Assembly (NCBI GenBank): GCA_028286485.1
Contig: JAQBRM010000027.1
Span: 10,632 to 74,631 of the forward strand
DNA length: 64,000 nucleotides
Source: Candidatus Nomurabacteria bacterium
GTDB lineage: Bacteria; Patescibacteriota; Minisyncoccia; Phycocordibacterales; UBA9973
Reading direction: 5' to 3'
Shown piece by piece: positions 29,931-39,463 of this stretch (positions within the stretch are counted from its first letter, which is position 1; the number at the start of each line of letters is the position of its first letter). Both the position numbers and the translations under genes were made by a program. The notes under the pieces are model-generated. The model made no database searches and was not told the origin of the DNA. It saw only the letters and a program-made list of their open reading frames with translations.

Positions 29931-30368
29931 ATGATTAAAGCTCAAAAAAGTGATTTTTTCAGAATCAAGAGATTGGTAAAGATTTACTACAATCTTAGAC
30001 AGGGAGAATTAATAGGACGACATACGGAATTACTGTTTTTATTTAAAATTAAGAACCCAAATCACCCCCATCATCACTTCGAGGTATACATCTCTCGGAT
30101 GTCCTTAAAACATTTTGTTGAGAGGAGAAAAGAGGAATTTAGTAAGAATAATTCTGAAGATACCGCCCTATCTCTTATTTATAAAATCCTTGATAAAACC
30201 CATGATGTTATGATCAATTTTGATTCTTATAAATTTGAATTATCAAATAAGCATTTTTATGATAAGGAATATTTCCTCAGTCCAACCCATGCGCGTATTC
30301 TGAGGATATTGCTGGAAATTAAAGAAAACAGGCTAGAAATAATATCAATGCATTTTAGAAGAAAATAA
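29931..30368 (+). CDS. hypothetical protein (AT-rich orphan)
   Basis: 145-aa ORF with no recognisable domain, followed by a hairpin at about 30367..30396. It sits where rplJ-rplL normally precede rpoB. Confidence 0.35.
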   Translation: MIKAQKSDFFRIKRLVKIYYNLRQGELIGRHTELLFLFKIKNPNHPHHHFEVYISRMSLKHFVERRKEEFSKNNSEDTALSLIYKILDKTHDVMINFDSYKFELSNKHFYDKEYFLSPTHARILRILLEIKENRLEIISMHFRRK

Positions 30369-30512
30369 AAATACCCCCTTTCGGTGGTATTTTTATTTAT
30401 AGCAAGGAGCGTTGGCGGTTCGCTCATGAGTACCCTCTTTCGAAGGTCCGCAGCAAGCCATTTCTGTCGTCAAGCTATATAAATATACTATCAAAACGAA
30501 AGAAAAACGCAA

Positions 30513-31199
30513 CTAGATTTTTTTACTTTTTTGCTGTGTTTTACGCCATTCCTCGATTTTCTTGTGGTCACCGGAGATAAGGACAGGAGGAACTTTGTGT
30601 TTTTTGCCTTTTATAGTTTTCGTTGTTTTTGGAAATTCCAGAATTTCAGGACGGGTGAAGACGCGAGGGCTGGCAGTGCGGTTTTCTTCCACAGAGGCAT
30701 GATCACCCAGCACGCCGGGGATTTGGCGGCAGATAGCGTCGGTCATGATCAATGCGGGCAGTTCCCCACCAGTCAGGACGAAATCTCCTACGGAGATTTC
30801 GTCCGCTTTCAAAATCTTGCGCACCCGGTCATCCACTCCTTCATACCGTCCGCAAATAAAGACAATATCGCTGTACTGCTTGGCCATTTTTGCCGCCATG
30901 GCATTGGTAAACAGTTTGCCTGACGGTGACAGCATCACCACTTTTACTTCCGACTTAGAAGCTGAGCTTCTAAGTTTCAGTTTGGAGTAGGTGCGCAGGA
31001 TCGGCTCGGGTGTCATGACCATGCCTGGACCGCCGCCGTAGGGTCGTTCATCCACTTTTTTGTGCTTGTCCAAGCTGTAGTCGCGAATATTCTTCACATC
31101 AAAAGAAATAGCTCCTTTTAAACTGGCTCTTTTCAGTATTGCTTCTCCCAGATAACTTTCGATCATGTCGGGGAATATTGTCAGGAAATGGAATTTCAT
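30513..31199 (-). CDS. trmD: tRNA (guanine37-N1)-methyltransferase
   Basis: MKFHFLTIFPDMIESYL...ERPYGGGPGMVM SPOUT trefoil-knot motifs. Confidence 0.9.
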   Translation of the reverse strand: MKFHFLTIFPDMIESYLGEAILKRASLKGAISFDVKNIRDYSLDKHKKVDERPYGGGPGMVMTPEPILRTYSKLKLRSSASKSEVKVVMLSPSGKLFTNAMAAKMAKQYSDIVFICGRYEGVDDRVRKILKADEISVGDFVLTGGELPALIMTDAICRQIPGVLGDHASVEENRTASPRVFTRPEILEFPKTTKTIKGKKHKVPPVLISGDHKKIEEWRKTQQKSKKI

Positions 31200-31504
31200 T
31201 ACAGGTCTTTCAAGTCGGCCATGGCGTCATCAAGGTTGGCGACATCGGGCTGTTTTTCGTAGCCAGCCGGTTCATTGATTTTAAGGTTGACGCGGGCATT
31301 GTTTTTCATGCCGACAACGCGGAGGAGGGTGCGGATGGCTTTGGCGGTATTACCGGAGCGGCCGATAATTTTGCCCATATCGGCTTGGTTTATGGAAAGG
31401 GTAAGAAGCACGCCCATTTCATCGACCGTGCGGTCGATGCGAACGTCATTTGGGTTATCAACAAGGGCTTTTATGAGCATTTCGAGAAATTCTTTGTCAG
31501 ACAT
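31199..31504 (-). CDS. KH-domain RNA-binding protein (YlqC/UPF0109 family)
   Basis: KH GxxG motif IIGRSGNTAKAIRTLL. Classic position between rpsP and trmD. Confidence 0.8.
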   Translation of the reverse strand: MSDKEFLEMLIKALVDNPNDVRIDRTVDEMGVLLTLSINQADMGKIIGRSGNTAKAIRTLLRVVGMKNNARVNLKINEPAGYEKQPDVANLDDAMADLKDL

Positions 31505-31585
31505 AGGTAGAGGCTTGTATTACTGCTAATCCGTCTCAGACGGCATATATATAGTATATGCGAAATAAAGAATTAGTAAATAAAC

Positions 31586-31609
31586 AAAAAACCTCTCGAG
31601 AGGTTTTTT
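31586..31609. terminator. hairpin terminator/attenuator between rpsP and the KH-protein gene
   Basis: aaaaaacctctc-gag-agaggtttttt, a perfect palindrome. Confidence 0.55.
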
Positions 31610-31623
31610 AAATTCAATAAGGT

Positions 31624-31929
31624 CTACTTCTTTTTCAGCTCTTTTCGTGCAACAGTCGGAGATTTACGGGAGAGGACGTTCTTGGCCCGTCCTTCAACCA
31701 ATCCTTCCTTTACCAGCATATTGTGCGCGGTATCGGAAACCTGTGCTCCATTGGAAATCCAGTGAGTAATGCGCTCGCGCTTCAGTACGACGGTATTGCT
31801 CTTCACGGTATAGGAACCGAGAATTTCCAAGAACTTGCCGCTTTGTGGGCCGTTTTTAGAGTCCGTCACTACGAGACGGAAGGCTGGTTCATTTTTGCGC
31901 CCGATGCGCTGTAATCGAATCTTTAACAT
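31624..31929 (-). CDS. rpsP: 30S ribosomal protein S16
   Basis: MLKIRLQRIGRKNEPAFRLVVTDSKNGPQSGKFLEILGSY. The real start is the internal M of the 31986 ORF. Confidence 0.9.
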   Translation of the reverse strand: MLKIRLQRIGRKNEPAFRLVVTDSKNGPQSGKFLEILGSYTVKSNTVVLKRERITHWISNGAQVSDTAHNMLVKEGLVEGRAKNVLSRKSPTVARKELKKK

Positions 31930-32015
31930 GTAGCGCTCATCGTAGCAGACAAAAGAAAAAGTGTCAAAACCTTGCGGTTTTGACACTTTAAATAAAACTA
32001 GCCTTTAGAGGACTT

Positions 32016-32357
32016 TTACTCCGATTCCACAACTAAATTTTCAGGCATGTAAATGCTGTTAATTTTTTCCGCATCCTCAGTATCAATTTGCATAAAGCCG
32101 TGCTCAATGAGCAGGTTACGGCATTTTTCAGCTCCATGTTTTTGAAGATACGCTTGATCAATTTCCCCCACTACCGGCTCATTCTCCATATTAAGGTATT
32201 TTTGTTTCTTGTTTTTACACACAAACAACATTCTTAATACAAAAAATGGTTTTTCAGCATCGGGTTTGTATTCAAGGAAATTACTCTTCGTAAACATCTC
32301 TTTTACAATGCAAAGGATGTACTGGACCTCTAAAGCAGGAATGTCTTTATTATTCAT
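32016..32357 (-). CDS. hypothetical protein
   Basis: 113-aa ORF with no recognised domain, AT-rich, divergent from rnr. Confidence 0.35.
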   Translation of the reverse strand: MNNKDIPALEVQYILCIVKEMFTKSNFLEYKPDAEKPFFVLRMLFVCKNKKQKYLNMENEPVVGEIDQAYLQKHGAEKCRNLLIEHGFMQIDTEDAEKINSIYMPENLVVESE

Positions 32358-32448
32358 CTTTTTTAATTTTCAAAACTATACCAAAAACACGAATAATGTC
32401 AATGTATTCCTTCACGGTTCGGGCCAGTCATGCTACAGTGTCTACTAC

Positions 32449-34386
32449 ATGGATACCCCTATTCCCGAGCTGAACATCGGCTCGACATTCGAAGGACAAA
32501 TCAATATTTCCACCAAAGGCATTGGTTATGTGAAAGTGCGGGACCTCAATATTTCCATTGAAATCCCGCGCGAGGCTTTAAACAAAGCCTTTCATGGCGA
32601 TACCGTGACCGCCGAAGTCACTGCCCTGCCACCGGCTGAAAACCCCCAAGGCAAGGTGACCGACATCATCCGACGGGCCAAAGTCGGGTACAGCGGCACG
32701 CTCGGCTTCGAACATGGTGCGCATTGCATCATGACCAATGACGGTCGCATGTACACCTCCATCGTCATTCCCGATGACAAACTGAATGGTGCCGTACAAG
32801 GTGACAAAGTCTTCTGTCGCATCCACGAATGGAACGATCCGATGGCGGAACCAAAGGGAGAAATCGTCCGTGTGCTCGGCAAGCCGTTGGAGAACAATGC
32901 CGAAATGCTTTCTTTGGCATTGGAAAAAGGCTTCGATGACAGCTACCCGCCAGCCGTGATCAAGGAAGCGGAGGACATCAGCGCGCACGGCATTACTGAT
33001 GAAGAAAAAGCCAATCGTCGCGACTTCCGACCGATCGTCACCTTCACCATCGACCCTGAAGATGCCAAGGATTTCGATGATGCCATCTCTGTGAACTTTT
33101 TGGAAAACGGCAACACCGAAGTCGGCATTCACATCGCCGATGTATCGCACTATGTACAGCCCGGCATGGCCATTGATACTGAAGCGTCGACTCGTGCGAC
33201 CTCCGTCTATCTGGTGGACCGCACCATTCCCATGCTGCCGGAAGTACTATCCAACGATCTGTGTAGTTTGAACCCCAACGTCGATCGCCTGACATTCTCT
33301 GCCGTATTCACCTTCACTCCAAGCATGGAAATTATCGACGAATGGTACGGCAAAACCGTTATCTATTCCCATCAGCGTTTCAGCTATGAAAGCGCGCAGG
33401 CCGTACTCGATACCAAACCCGGACCATATCTGAAAGAGCTGGAAGCGGCACTGGCTATTTCAAAAGTCTTGGAGAAAAAACGCTTTGAGGAAGGAGCTAT
33501 TTCCTTGGAAACGGAAGAAGTGAAATTCAAGCTTGATGACAAGGGCGTACCGATCAGTGTCTACAAGAAGCTGCGCGGACCGACGCATCACATGATTGAG
33601 GAGTTGATGCTTCTCGCCAATAGAAAAGTAGCTGAACATATTGCCACTAGCGACAAACACGCCGAGGAAGTCTTCGTCTTCCGCGTCCATGATCATCCTG
33701 ATCCGGAACGGGTGGAAAATCTGCAACTCTTTTTGAAACGCATTGGGCATGTGGTGACCGTGAATGAACACGGCGTCATTCCTTCCAAGGAACTGAATGA
33801 CTTGGTACTGTCGCTCGAAGGCAAGCCGGAAAGCGAAACCGTTCAGACGGCCATTGTACGCTCCATGGCCAAAGCCATTTATTCCACGAAAAATATCGGG
33901 CACTACGGTTTGGCATTTAAATATTACACGCACTTCACTTCCCCTATCCGTCGCTACCCTGACCTCGTCGTGCATCGCCTGCTGTTTGAATACTTGCAGC
34001 ACAAGACCATTCCCAAGGAAATGTGGCATTACTACGATGAGATTTCCGCCCATTCATCACAGCGCGAGAAAGAAGCGGCTGATGCAGAGCGCGCAAGTAT
34101 CAAATACAAACAGGTGGAGTACATGAGCACCCGTATCGGCCAGACATTTGATGGCATCGTGACCGGTATTTCCCGAAACGGCATGTTCGTTGAGGACAAA
34201 GAGACTCGTTGTGAAGGCATGGTACGCATGCGCGATATCGGCCATGACTACTATGAGTACAATGAGAAAACATTGACTATTGTCGGCAAAAGTACTAAAA
34301 AGGAGTTTCGTATTGGTGATCGCGTGCGCATGAAAGTAACTGCCACCGACATCAACAAGCGATTGATTGACTACGTATTGGTATGA
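32449..34386 (+). CDS. rnr: ribonuclease R (RNB family 3'-5' exoribonuclease)
   Basis: N-terminal cold-shock/OB domain, RNB catalytic motifs (DPEDAKDFDDAISV), C-terminal S1 domain. The start is at MDTPIPELN, and the upstream part of the track ORF overlaps a minus-strand gene. Confidence 0.9.
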   Translation: MDTPIPELNIGSTFEGQINISTKGIGYVKVRDLNISIEIPREALNKAFHGDTVTAEVTALPPAENPQGKVTDIIRRAKVGYSGTLGFEHGAHCIMTNDGRMYTSIVIPDDKLNGAVQGDKVFCRIHEWNDPMAEPKGEIVRVLGKPLENNAEMLSLALEKGFDDSYPPAVIKEAEDISAHGITDEEKANRRDFRPIVTFTIDPEDAKDFDDAISVNFLENGNTEVGIHIADVSHYVQPGMAIDTEASTRATSVYLVDRTIPMLPEVLSNDLCSLNPNVDRLTFSAVFTFTPSMEIIDEWYGKTVIYSHQRFSYESAQAVLDTKPGPYLKELEAALAISKVLEKKRFEEGAISLETEEVKFKLDDKGVPISVYKKLRGPTHHMIEELMLLANRKVAEHIATSDKHAEEVFVFRVHDHPDPERVENLQLFLKRIGHVVTVNEHGVIPSKELNDLVLSLEGKPESETVQTAIVRSMAKAIYSTKNIGHYGLAFKYYTHFTSPIRRYPDLVVHRLLFEYLQHKTIPKEMWHYYDEISAHSSQREKEAADAERASIKYKQVEYMSTRIGQTFDGIVTGISRNGMFVEDKETRCEGMVRMRDIGHDYYEYNEKTLTIVGKSTKKEFRIGDRVRMKVTATDINKRLIDYVLV

Positions 34387-35360
34387 TGAAAAAAATACTC
34401 TTAATAGTACTGTGTGTGATTGCGGCACTGATGGTGTGGCATTTTTCCCTGCTGTCTATTAACGACGCGGGCATTACAGCGGAGTCGCCTGCTACCCCGC
34501 CAGTCAAAACATTGACCGTCGGTTGGACCGGCAACATGGTGCCTTCAAGTGACATTGGCTATAACCTTACTGCCCTGAACAATGTCAGTCCGACACTTGA
34601 ACAACCTGATCTGATGATCGGAAATTTGGACGGCACATTGGGTCACAGCACTCGCCCCTTTCAAGGTGATCCATCATTTGCGGATACATTGAAAGCCGCC
34701 GGATTTGATTTCATTACACTCGTCAACAATCATTCGCTGGATTACGGTCCAACAGGATTGAAAAATACCGAAGCGGAACTTGATCGGATCGGTTTGCCCT
34801 ACATTGCTCCTGATAAACCCACAGCCAGTATCACTATCAATGGGATAAGGATCGGTATCATGGGTCTATCAAGCAATGCACCGGATCACACTATTAGCGA
34901 CTATCACTATATTGCGACGACTGTTGCACAATTAAAAAAAGAAAATGATATTGTTATTGTAGTATTCCAAGGTGCTGAAAACAGTACCACAGCGGTGCCC
35001 AATACGATCGAATATCAAAATGGTGATAACCGCGGCAATGTACAAGGAGTGGCCTATACTGCCATCAATGCCGGCGCTGACTTGGTCTTGGGTGACGGTC
35101 CGAAAGTATTACGCAAAGTGGAGTGGTATAACAGCAAGCCTATTGCATACTCGCTTGGCAACTTCGTCAGCGGCCCAGGCCACCTCGTTACGACCGGCAA
35201 CTTAGGTCTCGGCGGCATCTTCACCGCAACATTTGAAAACAATATTCCGCAATCCACCGGCTTCACTTCCATTACACTCGCCAAAGATGGCACACCTTCA
35301 CTAGACACTACCGACAAAGCAAAACAATTATTGGATTCCCTTTCAGGAACGAAAAAATAA
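34383..35360 (+). CDS. CapA/PgsA-family (metallophosphatase-like) poly-gamma-glutamate / capsule synthesis protein
   Basis: N-terminal TM helix and CapA-like motifs LTVGWTGNMV...DLMIGNLDGTLG...AGFDFITLVNNHSLDYG. The ATG overlaps the rnr stop. Confidence 0.75.
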   Translation: MMKKILLIVLCVIAALMVWHFSLLSINDAGITAESPATPPVKTLTVGWTGNMVPSSDIGYNLTALNNVSPTLEQPDLMIGNLDGTLGHSTRPFQGDPSFADTLKAAGFDFITLVNNHSLDYGPTGLKNTEAELDRIGLPYIAPDKPTASITINGIRIGIMGLSSNAPDHTISDYHYIATTVAQLKKENDIVIVVFQGAENSTTAVPNTIEYQNGDNRGNVQGVAYTAINAGADLVLGDGPKVLRKVEWYNSKPIAYSLGNFVSGPGHLVTTGNLGLGGIFTATFENNIPQSTGFTSITLAKDGTPSLDTTDKAKQLLDSLSGTKK

Positions 35361-35549
35361 TTTTGCAAAAAAAATAAGCCAATCGATATTCATCAATTGG
35401 CTCTATATGTGTGTGGTTTGTCCCGTAGGACTAGTTGATTTCGCGGGTTGGTTGGAACAATTTCCAGCCAACCCCAAGCGGTTTAAAGAATGATTAAACT
35501 AATCAATCTGTTCATATCATAACACCTATCACTCTTTTTGTCAACTATC

Positions 35550-35585
35550 AAAAAACCCGGATTGATTCATCAATCCGGGTTTTTA
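35550..35585. terminator. rho-independent terminator
   Basis: aaaaacccggattga-ttca-tcaatccgggttttt, a perfect 12-bp stem. Confidence 0.6.
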
Positions 35586-35807
35586 CTGCGCGTTGTCATC
35601 CTCCATAGGAGGGGCCTTGAGGTGTACCTTTTAGGTATTTATACAGAATTACCAAGCAAAAGGAAATTAGTACAGCCAGACAGCTAATCAATATTATTTT
35701 CATAAAACTAGGGTTTGTATATATGATGCCATACTGACAGTATTAGTCAATGAATGCGCGTGATTGCGGAAAATAGCTTTTTCTGCTATAGTAGACACGT
35801 TTCACCT

Positions 35808-36029
35808 ATGGCAGCAACGCTACACAGTCTTCAATTAGTCTCCGCAATCGTCCTGATCGTCCTTGTCTTGCTTCAACGCACAAGCGGCGATACGGCAAGT
35901 AATTTCGGTGACACCATGTCATTCTTTCAAACCCGACGAGGCGTCGAGCGCTTTTTGTTTGTTCTGACGATTATTGTGGCAATCGCATTTGCTGTGCTCT
36001 CTATCTGGGTTATTGCGGTAACGAAGTAG
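35808..36029 (+). CDS. secG: preprotein translocase subunit SecG
   Basis: MAATLHSLQLVSAIVLIVLVLLQRTSGD...FLFVLTIIVAIAFAVLSI is the two-TM SecG pattern. The start is the internal ATG of the 35754 ORF. Confidence 0.75.
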   Translation: MAATLHSLQLVSAIVLIVLVLLQRTSGDTASNFGDTMSFFQTRRGVERFLFVLTIIVAIAFAVLSIWVIAVTK

Positions 36030-36056
36030 TCCATATATACGGGTGAGGCTCATATT

Positions 36057-37517
36057 ATGGAGTCTTTCTTCTCTTTTCTCACCACAAAAAAATTTCCTTC
36101 TCTCAAAACAGTTCGTTCATTGTTGGGCGGACCAGTCACCCCTTTTGTAGCGATTGTCTACGGAATCTTTTTTGCCTTGTGTGCAACCGTCTTCGCATTG
36201 CTTATTACGCTCAATAATAAAATTTTAGTAACGGTGCCCGCTCGCGGCGGCAGCCTGACCGAGGGTGTCATCGGCGCTCCCCATTTTATCAATCCGATAT
36301 TGGCAACTACACCGACCGATCAAGGATTAGTGGCGCTCATCTATGGCAGCCTCATGAAAACGGATGAGAATGGCAATGTGAGCAATTCATTGGTCAAAGA
36401 CTATGCTGTTTCGCCGGATGGAAGAACGTATACAATCACCCTTCTTCCTAGCCTGATGTTTGATGATGGCAAACCACTGACCAGTGATGATGTGGCATTT
36501 ACCGTCACGAAATTACAGGACAATACTATCAGCACTGCCAGCGGCTATTGGCAAACCATTGCGGTGGAAACCCCCGACGCCAACACTGTTGTTTTTACCC
36601 TGCCTGCTGCCGATACTTCTTTCCTGTCCCATCTTACCTTCGGCATCTTGCCAAAACATATTTGGGGTACGGTGACTGACGAATCATTCCCTACTGCCGT
36701 ACAAAACCTTCAACCCGTCGGCGCTGGTGTAATGAAAGTATCGACAGTGCAATATCAAAATGACATTCCCGCTGCGGTAGTATTGGTACGCAACAAATAT
36801 TTTCCTCTCGGCAAAACATTACTGGATGGCCTGACCATTAAAAGTTTTGCCAATCAAATCGCATTACTCGATGCAGTGAATAACGGCGATGTGAATTTTT
36901 CATACGACCTGACACCGAGTACGGTCGCTGCTCAACCGTTGGCATCGGGCCTTACTGCCAGCATGGTGATGACTCCTCAAATGATTGCCATATATCGTTC
37001 CTCTGCGGATACGGCCCTATCAAGCCTGACGACCGTTGCAACAATCAACCGTTTTATTGACAAAAATGCTATAATTGCTACAGTACAAAACGGTTACGGC
37101 ATTCCGGCAGGAATACCATCGGATAGTCTTGCTCCCTCAACAGGAGCTCCCAAGGGATTTTCATTAGCGGTGGAAAATAATCCCGATATGCTACGCGCAG
37201 CGCAAACACTGGCGACACAACTGGCAGAGCACGGTGTCACGATTGCAGTGCATGCATTCGATCCCGGAACATTTCAAAAAAACATTACCGCGGGAAATTT
37301 TCCCCTGTTCCTTGCCCGCAGTAATGACGAAATCATTCCTCAGCAATATACGCCCGTCATTACACTCTATGATGAATGCATCCCGTACGTTTTTGATACC
37401 CGTACTCACCTTATTCCCCCCAGCACCTTCCAGTCTCCCGCCATTGAATACGAAGATGTACAGCATTGGTACACCAATACCGACAAGCTCTGGAAATGGT
37501 TTATAAAACAACAATAA
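36057..37517 (+). CDS. membrane-anchored family-5 solute-binding protein (oligopeptide/nickel SBP-like)
   Basis: N-terminal TM helix, then an SBP_bac_5-like region (LVALIYGSLMKTDENGNV...DGRTYTITL...DGKPLTSDDVAFT). No adjacent permease genes. Confidence 0.55.
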   Translation: MESFFSFLTTKKFPSLKTVRSLLGGPVTPFVAIVYGIFFALCATVFALLITLNNKILVTVPARGGSLTEGVIGAPHFINPILATTPTDQGLVALIYGSLMKTDENGNVSNSLVKDYAVSPDGRTYTITLLPSLMFDDGKPLTSDDVAFTVTKLQDNTISTASGYWQTIAVETPDANTVVFTLPAADTSFLSHLTFGILPKHIWGTVTDESFPTAVQNLQPVGAGVMKVSTVQYQNDIPAAVVLVRNKYFPLGKTLLDGLTIKSFANQIALLDAVNNGDVNFSYDLTPSTVAAQPLASGLTASMVMTPQMIAIYRSSADTALSSLTTVATINRFIDKNAIIATVQNGYGIPAGIPSDSLAPSTGAPKGFSLAVENNPDMLRAAQTLATQLAEHGVTIAVHAFDPGTFQKNITAGNFPLFLARSNDEIIPQQYTPVITLYDECIPYVFDTRTHLIPPSTFQSPAIEYEDVQHWYTNTDKLWKWFIKQQ

Positions 37518-37539
37518 AAATAATATTTAACTAACACAT

Positions 37540-39450
37540 ATGGAACAAACAAATTCACAAGAAAAAAGACAATTTAACAGACCGCGTCCGACTACCCCAT
37601 CAGGACAAGCCGGCGCTGCTACGACAGCGAAACCGAAGCGTTCCTTCGGTGGCAATCGCCGTCCGCATGATCGTCAGCGCCGTCCGGCGTGGCCCAAGGC
37701 TGATGCCAATGGCACCAGTACGACAGAAGTAGCGGAGCGAAAGACCGCCCATATTCCCAATCCGGAAGCGGGTATTATTCGCGTCATTCCGTTGGGTGGC
37801 GTGGAAGAAATCGGCAAGAACATGACCGCTATCGAAATCGGTGATGACATCATTGTCATCGATGCCGGCATGTCGTTTGCCAATGAGACGACGCCGGGTA
37901 TCGACTATGTCATCCCCAACACGCGTTATCTCGAGGAACGCAAGGACAAGATCCGCGCCATGATCATCACGCACGGTCACTTGGACCACATCGGCGGAGT
38001 ACCGTTGGTGCTTTCACGTATCGGCAACCCGCCGGTCTATTCCCGCAACCTGACAGTGCTGATGCTGAAAAAACGTCACAGTGAATTTCCTCACCTGCCA
38101 CCGATGAACACGATCATTGTTGAAAATAACGAGACCATTACCATGGGCGCTCTGCGTGTAAAATTCTGGGGTGTCACGCACACTATCCCCGACTCAATGG
38201 GTATTATCATTGAAACTCCTCACGGCAATATCGTGAACCCTGGCGACTACAAGCTGGATCAGGTTGACGGCGTGGTCAGCCAAGAAGAAGAAGATGCGTA
38301 CAAGATTTTCGATACCATGAAAACATTGTTACTCTTCACCGACTCCACCAACATTGAGAACGAGGGGTTTTCTCTGTCCGAATCAAAAGTACATATCGGT
38401 CTGGAAAACATCCTGCGACGTGAAAGCGGTCATCGTATCATCGTTGCCGCCTTCTCCTCCACCATTACCCGTCTGATCAAGATCATTGAGATCGCCGAAA
38501 TGCTCGGCAAGCACATCTTCATCAACGGCCGCTCCATGAGAAATAATATTGATATTGCCATGGAGGCAGGATTGCTGAAACCGCAGAAAGATACCATCCA
38601 ACCGATGGATAATATCGACAAGTACCCCCCGCACAAAGTCATCGTTCTCACGACAGGAGGACAGGGCGAGGAATTTTCAGGGTTGATGCGTGCTGCCAAC
38701 AAGACCGACAAGAAATTCGCGCTTAAAAAGGGCGATACGGTTATTCTTTCTTCCTCAATCGTGCCGGGCAATGAACGCCAAGTGGAGAAAATGAAAGACG
38801 GGCTTTCCCGCCAAGGCACCCGTGTCATCACCTACCGCACGCCGGGTGAAGAGTACGTGCACGCCACCGGTCACGGCAACAAGGAAGACATCAAGTGGCT
38901 GCACCGAAAAATTCGTGAGAAGTTCTTCATTCCTATTCACGGCAACCACTATCGCCTGCAACAGCACAAGGATCTTGCCATGGAGCTTGGCGTACCTGAA
39001 TCAAATATCATCGTTCCTGACAACGGTTCCATCATCGAAATTTCCGCCGATGGTGAAAAGATCACCATGCGCAGGGAAAAAGCTCCGGCTACACCAATGA
39101 TGGTGGACGGGTTCTCAGTCGGTGACGAGCAGAGCGTGGTCATTCGTGATCGCCAGATGCTGGCCGAGGATGGTATGTTCGTGGTGGTGGCATTGCTCGA
39201 TAGCAAGACCGGATTATTGAAAAAATCTCCGGATATCATTTCGCGCGGCTTCGTCTACTTGAAAGAAAATCAGGACTTGCTGCGTCATGCGCGCGTACTG
39301 ATCAAGCGTACGATCGAACAGGAAACCAAGGGTCAAAATCCCGTGAACTTTGATCAGGTTAAAAATACCGTGGCGGATATCGTATCGAAATACCTCTACC
39401 AGCACACCGCCAAGCGGCCATTGGTCATTCCTGTCATTCTCTCAATGTAG
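37540..39450 (+). CDS. rnj: ribonuclease J (metallo-beta-lactamase / beta-CASP) with a basic, disordered N-terminal extension of about 80 aa
   Basis: IIRVIPLGGVEEIGKNMTAIE...ITHGHLDHIGGVP zinc-ligand motif, beta-CASP and C-terminal domains. The N-terminus is rich in R/P/T. Confidence 0.9.
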   Translation: MEQTNSQEKRQFNRPRPTTPSGQAGAATTAKPKRSFGGNRRPHDRQRRPAWPKADANGTSTTEVAERKTAHIPNPEAGIIRVIPLGGVEEIGKNMTAIEIGDDIIVIDAGMSFANETTPGIDYVIPNTRYLEERKDKIRAMIITHGHLDHIGGVPLVLSRIGNPPVYSRNLTVLMLKKRHSEFPHLPPMNTIIVENNETITMGALRVKFWGVTHTIPDSMGIIIETPHGNIVNPGDYKLDQVDGVVSQEEEDAYKIFDTMKTLLLFTDSTNIENEGFSLSESKVHIGLENILRRESGHRIIVAAFSSTITRLIKIIEIAEMLGKHIFINGRSMRNNIDIAMEAGLLKPQKDTIQPMDNIDKYPPHKVIVLTTGGQGEEFSGLMRAANKTDKKFALKKGDTVILSSSIVPGNERQVEKMKDGLSRQGTRVITYRTPGEEYVHATGHGNKEDIKWLHRKIREKFFIPIHGNHYRLQQHKDLAMELGVPESNIIVPDNGSIIEISADGEKITMRREKAPATPMMVDGFSVGDEQSVVIRDRQMLAEDGMFVVVALLDSKTGLLKKSPDIISRGFVYLKENQDLLRHARVLIKRTIEQETKGQNPVNFDQVKNTVADIVSKYLYQHTAKRPLVIPVILSM

Positions 39451-39463
39451 TATCATGTAATGC

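Noticed and set aside
32209-32448. Upstream 80-codon extension of the rnr ORF
   Set aside because: It overlaps the minus-strand gene 32016..32357. RNase R homology starts at MDTPIPELN, where an ATG is present.
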